64,000 nucleotides of DNA from Thermoanaerobaculia bacterium (GCA_963816185.1 CAWFJJ010000008.1:32001-96000); one strand, 5' to 3'; shown: positions 42,237-52,801, counted from the first letter of the stretch. Program-made: numbers and translations. Notes: generated from the sequence alone by a model not told the origin.

Positions 42237-44174
42237 TCAGGGCCTGAGGGTGAGGTGCTTGATGAGGATGCGCGAGAGCAGATCGGTCGCGCCTCGCGGG
42301 TACTTTCGCGCGAAGCGCAGGAGACGCTGCGCCTCGGCATCGCCCGGCCTGAGGTCGGTGGCCTCCTTGACGGCGGCGGCGGCCTTCGCCATGTTTCCAG
42401 CCTGGAGGCTCTGCACCGCCGAGTTGTAGTACGCGTTGACGAGGTACTCCTCGACGTCCTGGTTCTTCGCGTCGCCTCTGCGAAGGTCCCAGAGGAGCTT
42501 GATCGCGCTTTCGTAGTCGTTCTCGTTGTACGACTTCGAGGCGTTTCTCAGGGCTTCGACCTGCTCGTGTGCGCGCTGGGTCGCGGCCGCCACCTCGGCG
42601 TCTTGGGGACGGGCCTTGACGACGGGATCCAGGTTCTTCAGAGCGTCTATATACCGGCTCGAAGCCATCGCGGCGAGGCCGGCGGCGCGCATCTCGTCGA
42701 GCTGCGCGGCGCTCGGAGCGGCGGGCCCCGGCGTCGGCGCCGCCGAAGACTTCATCTTCTCGATCCGGAAGAGCGCCTCGTTGTGGCGCGGATCCGAGTC
42801 GGGCAGCTTCGCGAGAACCGCGATCGCGTCGTCGATCTTTCCGGAGTCGAAGAGGACCTGGGCCTTCTGGAACGGATCCTCGGAGGATGCCGTGCGCCCG
42901 CCCGGCGCACCCGCCTTCGAGGAGGGTCCGCCCGCAGTCGCGGGGCCCGCGGCGGACTTCCCGCGCAGGAAAAAGTACGCGCCGCCTGCGACGATCGCGA
43001 GAAGAACGGCCGCCGCCGCAAGGAGCATGCGCACGTCGATCCGGCCCTTGCCTCCGGGCCGGGCGGCCTTCTCGCCGCCCGGCGCCGCGGGCTCGAGGCC
43101 GGGGCTGCTCGCGTCCGCCTTGAGACTGCGCCCGATGCCAGAGTCGTCTGCGAACGAGGGAGGCGTCGGCGCCTCGATCTCGTGCTTCATGAAATCGGAA
43201 TCGCCGGCGCTCGCGGAGACGGGTGCGGGGCCCTGGGCGGACGCGAGGGCCGCCTCGATCTGGTTGAGATAGCCGCGGGCCGTGGCGTCGTGCTCGGAGA
43301 CAGCGAGAACGTCGAGGAACTTGTTCCGGGCGCCCGCGAGGTCGCCTTTTTCGTACTGGGTCACTCCCTCGGTGAGGAGCAGGTCGATCCTGCGCGCCGC
43401 CTCCGCCTGCGACTCGCGCGCCGCGTCGATACGGCGGCTCGCCTCCTCGTTCGAGAGGTCGATGAGGAAAACCCGGGACCAGAGGTCGATGGCTTCCTGC
43501 GCGTTGCCGCGTGCGAGGGCCTCGTCCCCCTGTTTGAGAAACTGCGTGATACGCGGATCGGCCTGGACGCCGGATGCGGGGCGAGGCGCGGCCGCGGCAG
43601 GCGCGGGCTGCGCGGGCGGCGACCCCGAGGGCGGGGAAGCGAGCGGAGGCGCCGACTCAGGAGCCGGAATCGCGCCCACGGCGCCCGGGCCACCGGGGGG
43701 CATGCTCATGCGCAGGTCGTCGAGACCGCCGAACGGGTTGCCGGCTGGAGGTGGCGAAGGCGCGCGCACGGGCTCGGACCGCGGAGCCTCCCCACCCCCC
43801 TCGTCGCCGAAAACGAGGTCGTCGAGCCCGCTCGCGGACGGCGCCGACGGAGGGACAGGAGAGGCTGGGCCGCCCGGGAATGCGTCAGGCAGCTCGTGGG
43901 CCGGTTCCGGAAGCGCCTCGCCCGCGCTCTCGACGCCGAGGTAGTCGGCGAATCTCTCGACGTTGACCGGCGTGCCCGGCGCGACGCCGCGCAGCGCCTC
44001 GAGAAGGCTGCGCGCGGGCGCGAAGCGCGCGTCCATCTTGAGCAGGAAATCGCAGCCGAGGAGAGCCTCCTCGTTCTTGCCCTCCTGCGCGAGCACGAGC
44101 GTGTGCCGAAAGGTGTGGAGGACCTTCTCCCGCGCCTCGGGGGCGAGGGCCGGGCTCCCGGCATAGGAACTCAT
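42237..44174 (-). CDS. TPR-containing membrane-anchored protein
   Basis: Helical TPR-like blocks, Pro-rich linkers and one TM (LLAAAAVLLAIVAGGAYFF). Confidence 0.78.
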   Translation of the reverse strand: MSSYAGSPALAPEAREKVLHTFRHTLVLAQEGKNEEALLGCDFLLKMDARFAPARSLLEALRGVAPGTPVNVERFADYLGVESAGEALPEPAHELPDAFPGGPASPVPPSAPSASGLDDLVFGDEGGGEAPRSEPVRAPSPPPAGNPFGGLDDLRMSMPPGGPGAVGAIPAPESAPPLASPPSGSPPAQPAPAAAAPRPASGVQADPRITQFLKQGDEALARGNAQEAIDLWSRVFLIDLSNEEASRRIDAARESQAEAARRIDLLLTEGVTQYEKGDLAGARNKFLDVLAVSEHDATARGYLNQIEAALASAQGPAPVSASAGDSDFMKHEIEAPTPPSFADDSGIGRSLKADASSPGLEPAAPGGEKAARPGGKGRIDVRMLLAAAAVLLAIVAGGAYFFLRGKSAAGPATAGGPSSKAGAPGGRTASSEDPFQKAQVLFDSGKIDDAIAVLAKLPDSDPRHNEALFRIEKMKSSAAPTPGPAAPSAAQLDEMRAAGLAAMASSRYIDALKNLDPVVKARPQDAEVAAATQRAHEQVEALRNASKSYNENDYESAIKLLWDLRRGDAKNQDVEEYLVNAYYNSAVQSLQAGNMAKAAAAVKEATDLRPGDAEAQRLLRFARKYPRGATDLLSRILIKHLTLRP

Positions 44175-44243
44175 CGGATCGAATGCTAGCAAGAACGGCG
44201 CGGCGCGGCTCGCCGTCGGATACGATCGCCCGAAGGAGGGGTG

Positions 44244-45152
44244 ATGGCCGCATTGATCGAGTGCATCCCGAACGTGAGCGAGGGGCGCCGGCAGGATGTC
44301 GTATCGGCTCTGGCGGGTGCTGCGGTTGCGGCCGGTGAAGGGGTCGTCCTTCTCGATCGCACCTCGGACGCAGACCACAACCGCTCGGTCCTCACGTTCC
44401 TCGGGGACGGGGACGCGCTCGTGGCGGCGATGACGGCGCTCGTGGGCGCCGCTCTCGAGGCGATCGATCTCAGGACGCACAGGGGCGCCCACCCGCGCAT
44501 CGGAGCCGTGGACGTGATTCCGTTCGTGCCGCTGCGAGGCGCCACGGCGGCCGGCTGCGTGGCCCTCGCGAAGACCCTTGGAAAGGGGCTCGCCGACCGC
44601 TACGGCCTGCCCGTCTACCTCTATGAGGATGCGGCGACCTCGCCGGACCGCCAGAACCTCGCGAACATCCGCAAGGGAGAGTTCGAGGGCCTCGCGGCGA
44701 AGATGGCGGATCCGGCGTGGATCCCCGACTTCGGCCCCCGGGCTCCGCACCCCTCGGGCGGCGCGACCGTCGTGGGCGCCCGCGCCCCGCTCGTCGCGTA
44801 CAACATCAACCTCGCGACGCCGGATCTCGCGATCGCCGACCGCATCGCGAAGGCCATTCGCCACCTTTCCGGCGGCTATCGCTTCGTGAAGGCGATGGGC
44901 GTGAAGCTCGACGCGCGCGGCCAGGTGCAGGTCTCGATCAACATGACGAACTTCGAGAAGACCCCGCTCCACCGCGTCTTCGAGACCGTGAAATCCGAGG
45001 CCTCCCGCCACGGCGTCGCGGTCGTGGGCTCGGAGATCGTCGGGCTCGTGCCGCAGGCGGCGCTCCTCGCAGCGGCGGAGCACTACCTGAGACTCGAGGC
45101 CGACCCCGGGCCCCAGGTGCTCGAGAACAAGCTGCTCGAAAGGCTCTCATGA
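44244..45152 (+). CDS. ftcD: Glutamate formimidoyltransferase (stand-alone FT domain)
   Basis: LIECIPNVSEGR, DADHNRSV, HRGAHPRIGAVDVIPF and GSEIVGLVP. Confidence 0.95.
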   Translation: MAALIECIPNVSEGRRQDVVSALAGAAVAAGEGVVLLDRTSDADHNRSVLTFLGDGDALVAAMTALVGAALEAIDLRTHRGAHPRIGAVDVIPFVPLRGATAAGCVALAKTLGKGLADRYGLPVYLYEDAATSPDRQNLANIRKGEFEGLAAKMADPAWIPDFGPRAPHPSGGATVVGARAPLVAYNINLATPDLAIADRIAKAIRHLSGGYRFVKAMGVKLDARGQVQVSINMTNFEKTPLHRVFETVKSEASRHGVAVVGSEIVGLVPQAALLAAAEHYLRLEADPGPQVLENKLLERLS

Positions 45153-46570
45153 AGAACGCCCGTCTCGCCCTCGCGGCGGCGCTGCTCTGCGCCGCGGCTC
45201 TCGCTTTCTCTGCGGCCAGTCCCGAAGCCCCCTCCGATCTCCGCGTCACGCTCGAGCGTCTCGTGCGCGCGGCCAGTGAGACGAACGGCGCGTACGACAC
45301 GACCCGGAGCCTCACGGACGACGTCGGCCCGCGGCTTTCCGGCTCGCCGGGCGGCGCGCGCGCGGTCGCGTGGGCCGAGACCGCGCTGAAGGCGCAGGGC
45401 TTCTCGAACGTCCATTCCGAAGCCGTGACGGTGCCGCATTGGGAGCGCGGCGAAGAGAGCGGCGAGATCGTCTCGCCCGCGCCGTTCCGGCTGTCCCTGT
45501 GCGCGCTCGGCGGCAGCGTGGGAACGCCCGCCGGCGGGGTCGAGGGCGAGGTCGTCGAGGCGCCGTCGCTCGAGGGAGTGGACGCGCTCGGCGAGAAGGC
45601 GAAGGGCAAGATCGTCTTCGTCTGGAAGGTCATGGAGCGCCGCTCGGACGGCTCGGGCTACGGCGCGACCGTTCCGATTCGCGGAGGCGCCGCCTCGCAT
45701 GCCGCGAAGCTGGGCGCCGTGGGCGCCCTCATCCGCTCCGTGGGGACGTCGAACGCACGCCTTCCGCACACGGGCTCGCTGCGCTACGAAGAGGGAGTCC
45801 CGAAGATTCCGGCCGCGGCCCTGGCGAATCCCGACGCGGATCTCATTCACCGTCTCCTCGCCGACGGGAAGACCGTGCGCGTGCATTTCGCGCTCGGCGC
45901 CCGGACGCTTCCCGACGCGACGTCCGCGAACGTGCTCGGCGAGATTCCGGGCCGCGAGAAGCGGGGCGAGATCGTCGTCCTCTCAGGCCACCTCGATTCG
46001 TGGGACCTCGGACAGGGCGCCGTGGACGACGCGGCGGGTCTCGGCATCGCGATCGAGGCCGCGCGCCTCATCGCGCAGCTCCCGAAACGGCCGCGCCGCA
46101 CGCTTCGAGTGGTCGCGTTCGCGAACGAGGAGAACGGCCTCGCGGGCGCACGCGCCTACGCGAAGGCGCACGCGGCCGAGCTTCCTTTCCACGTCGCCGC
46201 GATCGAGTGCGACAGCGGCGCGGGACGCGTGTCCGGATTCGAATGGACCGCCGGCCCCTCGGCGGAGGGCGTGCTCGCGAACGTCGCGGAGATCCTGAAA
46301 CCCTTCGGCGTCGGGGGCATCAAGAAGGGCGGCGGGGGCGCCGACGTGGGCGCGCTGCGCGCCGCCGGCGTGCCGCTCTTCTCGCCGATCCAGGACGTCG
46401 CGCGGTACTTCGACATCCACCATTCGGCCGACGACACGTTCGACAAGATCGACCGCGAGGAGCTGAACACCGGAGTCGCGGCGATCACGGCTCTCGCGTA
46501 CGCGCTCGCCGAATCCCCGACGCCTCTCGAGCGCATCCCGGAGGCCGAGCGCGTGCGACGTGAGCGCTGA
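45149..46570 (+). CDS. Secreted M28 family peptidase (carboxypeptidase Q-like, with PA domain)
   Basis: Signal peptide, GPRLSGS, PHWERG, GHLDSWD, GAVDDAAG, NEENG and YFDIHHS..DT. Confidence 0.92.
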   Translation: MKNARLALAAALLCAAALAFSAASPEAPSDLRVTLERLVRAASETNGAYDTTRSLTDDVGPRLSGSPGGARAVAWAETALKAQGFSNVHSEAVTVPHWERGEESGEIVSPAPFRLSLCALGGSVGTPAGGVEGEVVEAPSLEGVDALGEKAKGKIVFVWKVMERRSDGSGYGATVPIRGGAASHAAKLGAVGALIRSVGTSNARLPHTGSLRYEEGVPKIPAAALANPDADLIHRLLADGKTVRVHFALGARTLPDATSANVLGEIPGREKRGEIVVLSGHLDSWDLGQGAVDDAAGLGIAIEAARLIAQLPKRPRRTLRVVAFANEENGLAGARAYAKAHAAELPFHVAAIECDSGAGRVSGFEWTAGPSAEGVLANVAEILKPFGVGGIKKGGGGADVGALRAAGVPLFSPIQDVARYFDIHHSADDTFDKIDREELNTGVAAITALAYALAESPTPLERIPEAERVRRER

Positions 46571-46671
46571 AGAGGCCGAAGGATGCCGCCTACAAGGCGG
46601 CAGCGCGCGAGCCGTGGCGGCGGCGGCTTGCTTCCGAATGGTCCGTGAACCGAGGTCGAGGATTGGCCCGC

Positions 46672-46809
46672 GTGAAACGCGCGCCACGTCGCGGTGACGT
46701 CTATTGGGTCGCCCTCGACCCGACGCTCGGGACGGAGATCCGGAAGACGCGACCGGCGGTCGTCATCTCGAACGATTCCTGCAACCGCTACGGTTCGCGT
46801 GTGGGTATC
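46672..46809 (+). pseudogene. mazF: Truncated PemK/MazF toxin (5' ~45 codons only)
   Basis: RRGDVYWVALDPTLGTEIRKTRPAVVISND..N matches the MazF N-terminus; homology ends near 46805. No antitoxin seen. Confidence 0.8.
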
Positions 46810-46869
46810 AGGATTGGCCGGCGAGAGAGGCGAGCCACGTAGAAACGACGTCTATTGGATCGCACAAGA

Positions 46870-49175
46870 GCGCACCGGCAGGGGATCGTGCATCGAGACT
46901 TGAAGCCGGGCAACGTGATGCTGACGAAGTCGGGCGTGAAGCTCCTCGACTTCGGTCTGGCCAAGGCGATGACGCCGGCGGGAAGCCCGCAGCTGACGTC
47001 TCTTCCGACGCAGGCGATACGCCGGTGACGCAGGCGGGGACGGTTCTGGGGACGTTCCAGTACATGTCGCCGGAGCAGCTGGAGGGAAAGGAAGCCGACG
47101 CGCGCAGCGACATCTTCGCGTTCGGCGCGGTGCTCTATGAGATGGCGACGGGAAAGAAGGCTTTTTCCGGGGCGAGCCAGGCCTCGCTGATCTCGGCGAT
47201 CATGAGGGAGGATCCCGAAACCGATTTCGGCGGTGGAACCGATGACGCCGCCGGCGCTCGATCGAGTCGTCAAGACGCTGTCTGGCGAAGGATCCGGAAG
47301 AGCGCTGGCAGTCGGCGGGAGATGTGCGGAAGGAGCTGAAGTGGATCGCGCAGGGCGGACTCGCAAGCGGGATCTCCCGCGACCGCCGTCGCCCGGCGCA
47401 AAGGCCGGGAGAAGATGGCGTGGGGTATCGCAGCCATCGCGCTGCTCGTGGCGATCGCTCTTGGAATCGGCTACGCGCGGCGGGCGCCGAAACCGTTGCG
47501 CCTGCTTCGATCGACGATCGAGCTTCCGGCGGGCTTGCAGATCGATCGATCGGAGTCCTCGCTCGAGCTCTCGCCCGATGGCCGCTTGTTGGCTCTGGCC
47601 GCACCGGGCGCCGACGGAAAGCAGCCGATGTACCTGCGATCCCTCGATGGCACGGCGATGCAACCTCTCGCCGGAACTGACGGAGCGACGTACCCCTTCT
47701 GGTCTCCGGACGGGAAGTCGATCGCGTTCTTCGCGAACGGAAAGCTCAAGAGGATCGGAAGCAACGGGCGGAGCGATCCAGACGATTTGCGACGCGCCGC
47801 AGGGCCGGGGCGGCACATGGGGGCCAGACGGCACGATCGTCTTCGCGCCGACTCTTTTCGGTCCGCTCTGGCGGGTCTCTGCCTCCGGCGGCTCTCCCAT
47901 CGAGGCGGAGGCGGCGATCGGAGCCGGTGAGAGCCACCGCCTCCCGCATTTCCTGCCCGATGGAAGGAACGTCCTCTTCTTGGCGACAGGGCCATCCCGG
48001 CCGCAGGAGCACGGGATCTACGCCCTCGACCTCGCGACGAAGAAGGTCCGGCTCGTCGCTCACGGGTACAGTGAAGGGCGCTTCGTGGCGCCGGGCTATC
48101 TCGCGTTCGTGCGCGAGAGGAACCTGATGGTCCAACGCTTCGACCCCGACAGCCTCCGTCTTTCCGGTGAGGCCGTGCCGGTCGCGGAGAAGCAGCGGTT
48201 CAAACCGCTTCGTCGGAAACGCGGAGTATTCCTTTGCCGGCCCGGACCTTCTCCTGTACCGGGCCGAGGCCCCTCCGCCGCGAAGCCAGCTCACCTGGTT
48301 CGATCTCGAGGGCAGGCAGCTTTCGAAGGTCGGAGATCCCGCGACGTTCTCCTCCATCTCTCTGGCGCCTGATGGGAAGCGTGCCATCGTCGGGACCGAC
48401 GAGCCGGGGGAAGCCGAGCGTTGGAGGATCGATCTCGCGACGCGGCGTTCGCAGCCGGTTCGCACTCGGCGTCCGCGTAGTGGGGTAACAGCAAGAGCCG
48501 TCTGGTCGCCGGACGGCCGACATGTGATCTTCGCCGCTCTCGGCCGGAGGTGCTACGGACACGACCCTGCAGCTCGAGGACGCCGACGGAGGCTCTCCCG
48601 GGAAGAACGTCCTGACGGGTCAAGGCATCGCGCGACGCTGCGAGCTGGTCGCCCGATGGGCAGGTGGTCGCGTTCTTCACGCAGACCGAGGCGACCAGGA
48701 GCTACGACATCGGCATTCTTCCCATGACGGGCGACCGCAAGCCGCGGTTTCTCGTCGCCGGTCCCGCCGACGAGAATGGCGGGACGTTCTCGCCCGACGG
48801 CCGGTGGCTCGCGTACTTCTCCAACGAGTCAGGGCAGTGGGAGGACTACGTCGTTCCCTATCCGGGCCCGGGCGGGAAATGGCAAATCTCCTCGGGTGGA
48901 AACGGCGGACCCTTCTGCTTCTGGAACGGAAATGGCCAGCTCATCATCCTTTCGCATGACCGAAAGGTGCTCGCCGTCGATCTGACGGCGCGCGGCGGGA
49001 GCCTCGAAGTCGGGGCCTCGCATCGAATCTTCGGCGACACCGCGATGCCGGACGTTCGCTCTCGACTTTTCGCCCGCTCTCCAGCGATTCCTCATCGCGG
49101 TCCCGGTCGAAGAGCAGAAACCAGCCCCGATCACGCTGGTGACCAACTGGACGGCAGCTGCTGAAGAAGGAATGA
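46870..49175 (+). pseudogene. 5'-truncated, multiply frameshifted Ser/Thr kinase with TM and PD40/TolB-like beta-propeller
   Basis: Starts at [20 protein letters not shown] (no Gly loop or VAIK). Then GTFQYMSPEQ, SPDG repeats, PGPGGKWQIS and ITLVTNW, spread over many frames. Confidence 0.8.
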
Positions 49176-49183
49176 GTCCGCTC

Positions 49184-50587
49184 CTATTCCCCGTCCAGGC
49201 CGAGCGCCTTCATCTTGCGGTGGAGCGTCGTGCGGTCGAGGCCGAGGCGCTCGGCTGCGCGCGACACGTTCCCTTTCGTCTCCGCGAGGATGCGCGAGAG
49301 GTAGCGCCTCTCGAACGCCTCGCGCGCGTCGGCGAGCGTCGCGTGCGCGGGAGTCTCGTCCGAGACCGGGCGGGACGGGCCGCGCCCGGCAGCGGCGCCG
49401 TCCTCGGGCGGGAGGTCCGCGGCCCGGACGACGGGCCCCGTCGACATGAGGAGGACGCGTTCGACGAGGTTCTGCAGCTCGCGCACGTTGCCCGGCCATC
49501 GCCGCTTCGCGAGGGCCTCGAGCGCCTCCTTTTCGAACGCCTTCGGGCGTCGCCCGCGCCGGCGCGCGAGGCTCTCGCCGAAGTGCGCCACGAGGAGGGG
49601 AATGTCCTCGGGCCGCTCGGACAGCGGCGGCACGCGCAGCGGGACGACGGCCAGCCGGAAATAGAGATCTTCGCGGAACGTCCCCGCGCGGATCATCGCG
49701 GGCAGGTCCCGATTCGTCGCGGCGACGATGCGCACGTCCGTCACCAGAGTCTTCGCGCCGCCGACGCGCGTGATGCGCCCGTCCTGGATCGCGCGCAGGA
49801 TCTTGGCCTGCGTGCGCGGCGACATGTCGCCGATCTCGTCGAGGAAAAGCGTGCCGCCGTCGGCCTGCTCCCACTTCCCCTTGCGGTCGTCGATCGCGCC
49901 CGTGAACGAGCCCTTCACGTGTCCGAAAAGCTCGCTTTCGATGAGCTCTTCCGGAATCGCCGCACCGTTGACCTCGATGAAGGGGCCCTCGGCGCGCGGC
50001 GACGCACGGTGGAGCGCGCGCGCGACGAGCTCCTTGCCCACACCGCTCTCCCCCATGATGAGGACGCGCGCTTCCGAAGCTCCGGCACGTTGGATCTCGT
50101 CGAGAAGATGCGTCATCGCGGGGCCGCTGCCGAGGAGCGTCTCTCTGGCCGCATCGTCCGTGCGGCTCATGAGCTCGAGCCTCAAGTCGTCGCGCTCGCG
50201 CGCGAGGCGGTACCGCTCGAGCGCCTTGTCCAGCGTCAGGAGGACGCGCTCGAGGGCCAGAGGCTTCTCGAGAAAATCGTCCGCGCCGCGCTTGACGGCC
50301 TGCACGGCCGTGTCCACCGTACCGTGCCCGGAGATCATGACGACCGGGATCGCGAGACCGGCGGCCCGCAGCCGGTCGAGCACGGCGAGGCCGTCGAGGT
50401 CCGGCAGCCAGACGTCGAGGAAGATGGCCTCGGGCCGCTGACCTTCGTCGCCGAAGGCGCGTGTGAGAGCCTCCTGCCCGAGGCCGACCGCGTCCACGGT
50501 GTAGCCCTCGTCGGCGAGGATCTGCGAGAGGGTCTTGCGGATACCCGGCTCGTCGTCGCACACGAGGACCCGGGGACCGTTCGTCAT
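49184..50587 (-). CDS. ntrX: Sigma-54-type response regulator, NtrX-like
   Basis: REC (CDDE, LDVWLP, ISGHG), AAA+ GESGVGKE, GSFTGA, WPGNVREL, Fis-type HTH. Confidence 0.88.
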   Translation of the reverse strand: MTNGPRVLVCDDEPGIRKTLSQILADEGYTVDAVGLGQEALTRAFGDEGQRPEAIFLDVWLPDLDGLAVLDRLRAAGLAIPVVMISGHGTVDTAVQAVKRGADDFLEKPLALERVLLTLDKALERYRLARERDDLRLELMSRTDDAARETLLGSGPAMTHLLDEIQRAGASEARVLIMGESGVGKELVARALHRASPRAEGPFIEVNGAAIPEELIESELFGHVKGSFTGAIDDRKGKWEQADGGTLFLDEIGDMSPRTQAKILRAIQDGRITRVGGAKTLVTDVRIVAATNRDLPAMIRAGTFREDLYFRLAVVPLRVPPLSERPEDIPLLVAHFGESLARRRGRRPKAFEKEALEALAKRRWPGNVRELQNLVERVLLMSTGPVVRAADLPPEDGAAAGRGPSRPVSDETPAHATLADAREAFERRYLSRILAETKGNVSRAAERLGLDRTTLHRKMKALGLDGE

Positions 50588-50629
50588 GCGGTCCTCGCGC
50601 GCATGCGGGCGCTCATGGGCGTGCGGCGC

Positions 50630-52801
50630 TCACGCGGCCGGCCATTCGAGGAGGAAGCGGCATCCGTGAGGGACATTCTCCTCCACGCGAACGCGCCCCG
50701 CGTGCTCGGCGGCGATGCGCGCGACGATCGCGAGGCCGAGGCCCGAGCCCCGCGCCTTCGTCGAATAGGCCGGGTCGAAGACGCGCTCGCGCTCCGCTTC
50801 GGGGATGCCGGCCCCGTCGTCCTCGACGGCGAGCCGCGCGCGTCCGCCCTCCACGCCCGCCGCGATCCGCACGTGGCCGCCGCCCGGAGTCGCCGCCACC
50901 GCGTTATCCACGAGGTTGATGAGGGCGCGCTTCACCTGCTCCGCGTCGGCGTTGACGAGCGGCAGAGTTTCCGGGACGTCGGCCGTCACCGTCACGCCCC
51001 TCTTCACGTTCGCGTAGAGCTTCGTGACCTGCTGGACGACCGCGCCGAGATCCGTCGGGGCGAGGTCCGCGGCCGGCAGGCGGGCGAAGCGCCCGAACGT
51101 GTCGACGAGAGAGGCGAGCGTCGTGACCTCCTCGATGATCGTGGAAGCGCCCTCGCGCACGACGGAGGCGAGACCGTCGGGATCGGCGTCCTTTCCGAGA
51201 GCGCGCCTTCGCATGCGCTCGGCCGCGAGACGGATCGGCGTGAGCGGGTTCTTGATCTCGTGCGCCATGCGGCGCGCGGCCTGCTCCCACGCCGCGGCGC
51301 GCTCGGCCGCGACGAGCGCGGTCGTATCCTCGAGCGTCACGACCCAGGCCCCCGCGTCGGCAACCCCGGCGGGAACACGGGTCACGCGGGCCTCGAGCAC
51401 GCGGGGTCCGATCTTCAGCGTCGCTTCGCGCGGGGCGGCGGCCGAACGGGCGCGCGACAGGAACTCGGCCAGCGGCGCGAGGGCCTCGGACGCGAGAAGG
51501 TCCTGCGCCCGGGGGAAGCGGGCGTTCTCGTCGTGGCCGAGCAGGCGCCGCGCGGTCTCGTTCAGGAAATACAGCGTGTCGTCGTCGCCGAACGCGACGA
51601 CGCCGGCGTCGAGCCGCGCGAGAATCGTCCGCACACGGCGCCGCTCCTCGTCGACGCGCTCGTTCGTCGCGGCGAGCTCGGCGTTCGCGGCGACGAGCTC
51701 GGTCCGGCTCTTGCGCAGCTCGGACGTCATCGCGTTGAAGGCGCGGGAAAGCGCGGAGATCTCGTCGCCCCCCTCCACCTCGACGAGCGCATCGAAATCG
51801 CCCGCGCCGACGCGTCGCGCCGAGGCGGCGAGCGCCGCGATCGGGCGCGTCACGCGGCGCGCGAGGAGGAGCCCGACCCACACAGCCGCGAGGAGAACGA
51901 GGAACGCGAGGAGGAGGAAGAACAGCACCTGGACGGCCTCGAGCTGGGCGCGCTCGGCCTTCAACATCGCGTATGCCGAGGTCGCGAGCGAGAGCTGGCG
52001 CAGCGGCTCGGCCTCGGCGGGCGGATCGAACGTGCCGACGACGAGAAGTCCGGACGGGAGGGCGACGACCGTGCGTCCGGCCTGCCCTCCGTCGCGCGTG
52101 GGCTCGAGGCGCCGCGAGAAGCCCCGCCCCTTCGCGTCCGCCAGCCAGTCGGCGCCGGGATCGTTCACGTCGCGCAGCGGCCACCTCGGGGCGCTCACGG
52201 CGACCGGCGGACGGCCGGGGCGTCTCCACTCGATGAGATCGACGCCGGACTCTTCGCGCGCGGCCGACAGCAGCGCGACGAGGCCGCTGTCGGAAACCGC
52301 CGCGAGCCGGGGTGCGAGGCGCTCGGCCGTGCGGCGCTCGAGGGCCGCTGACCGCGCGCGGACGAGGTCGGCGACCTCCCGCCCGGCGCGCACCGTCTCC
52401 TCGACCGGCGGCGCGAACCAGCGCTCGACGCTCTTCTGCAGGAGGCCGGTGGTGGGCAGGACGAGGAGCGCGATCGGCAACAGCGCGAGGCCCACGTACG
52501 ACGCGACCACGCGCACGCGGAAGCGCGATCCGAAGACGCCGCGGCGTGACTCGACGACGAGCTTCGCCGTGCTCCTCACGAGCACGAAGACGAGCGCGAG
52601 GATGAGGACGACGACGATGTAGAAGAGGACGAAGAGAAGGACGCGGTTCGTCGCGGCGACGGGCGCGAGGTTGCGCGTCCTGAGGACGAGCGCGTAACCG
52701 CCGGCGAGGGCCGCACCGAGAACGAGCGCGATCGCGACGAGGATCCGGTTGTCCCGCGCCCAGCGCCTCCCCGGCGCAACCGGCGGAGACGAGTCGGTCA
52801 G
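50630..52801 (-). CDS. ntrY: NtrY-like sensor histidine kinase (TM, HAMP, PAS, HisKA, HATPase)
   Basis: AW..AARRMAHEIKNPLTPI.L.AER, NLVDNA, DDGAG and GSGLGL. Start probably CTG overlapping the upstream stop. Confidence 0.88.
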   Translation of the reverse strand: MTDSSPPVAPGRRWARDNRILVAIALVLGAALAGGYALVLRTRNLAPVAATNRVLLFVLFYIVVVLILALVFVLVRSTAKLVVESRRGVFGSRFRVRVVASYVGLALLPIALLVLPTTGLLQKSVERWFAPPVEETVRAGREVADLVRARSAALERRTAERLAPRLAAVSDSGLVALLSAAREESGVDLIEWRRPGRPPVAVSAPRWPLRDVNDPGADWLADAKGRGFSRRLEPTRDGGQAGRTVVALPSGLLVVGTFDPPAEAEPLRQLSLATSAYAMLKAERAQLEAVQVLFFLLLAFLVLLAAVWVGLLLARRVTRPIAALAASARRVGAGDFDALVEVEGGDEISALSRAFNAMTSELRKSRTELVAANAELAATNERVDEERRRVRTILARLDAGVVAFGDDDTLYFLNETARRLLGHDENARFPRAQDLLASEALAPLAEFLSRARSAAAPREATLKIGPRVLEARVTRVPAGVADAGAWVVTLEDTTALVAAERAAAWEQAARRMAHEIKNPLTPIRLAAERMRRRALGKDADPDGLASVVREGASTIIEEVTTLASLVDTFGRFARLPAADLAPTDLGAVVQQVTKLYANVKRGVTVTADVPETLPLVNADAEQVKRALINLVDNAVAATPGGGHVRIAAGVEGGRARLAVEDDGAGIPEAERERVFDPAYSTKARGSGLGLAIVARIAAEHAGRVRVEENVPHGCRFLLEWPAA

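Noticed and set aside
46576-46632. Hairpin TGCCGCCT-ACA-AGGCGGCA after the M28 peptidase as an intrinsic terminator
   Set aside because: No U-tract follows; function unclear, so not called.
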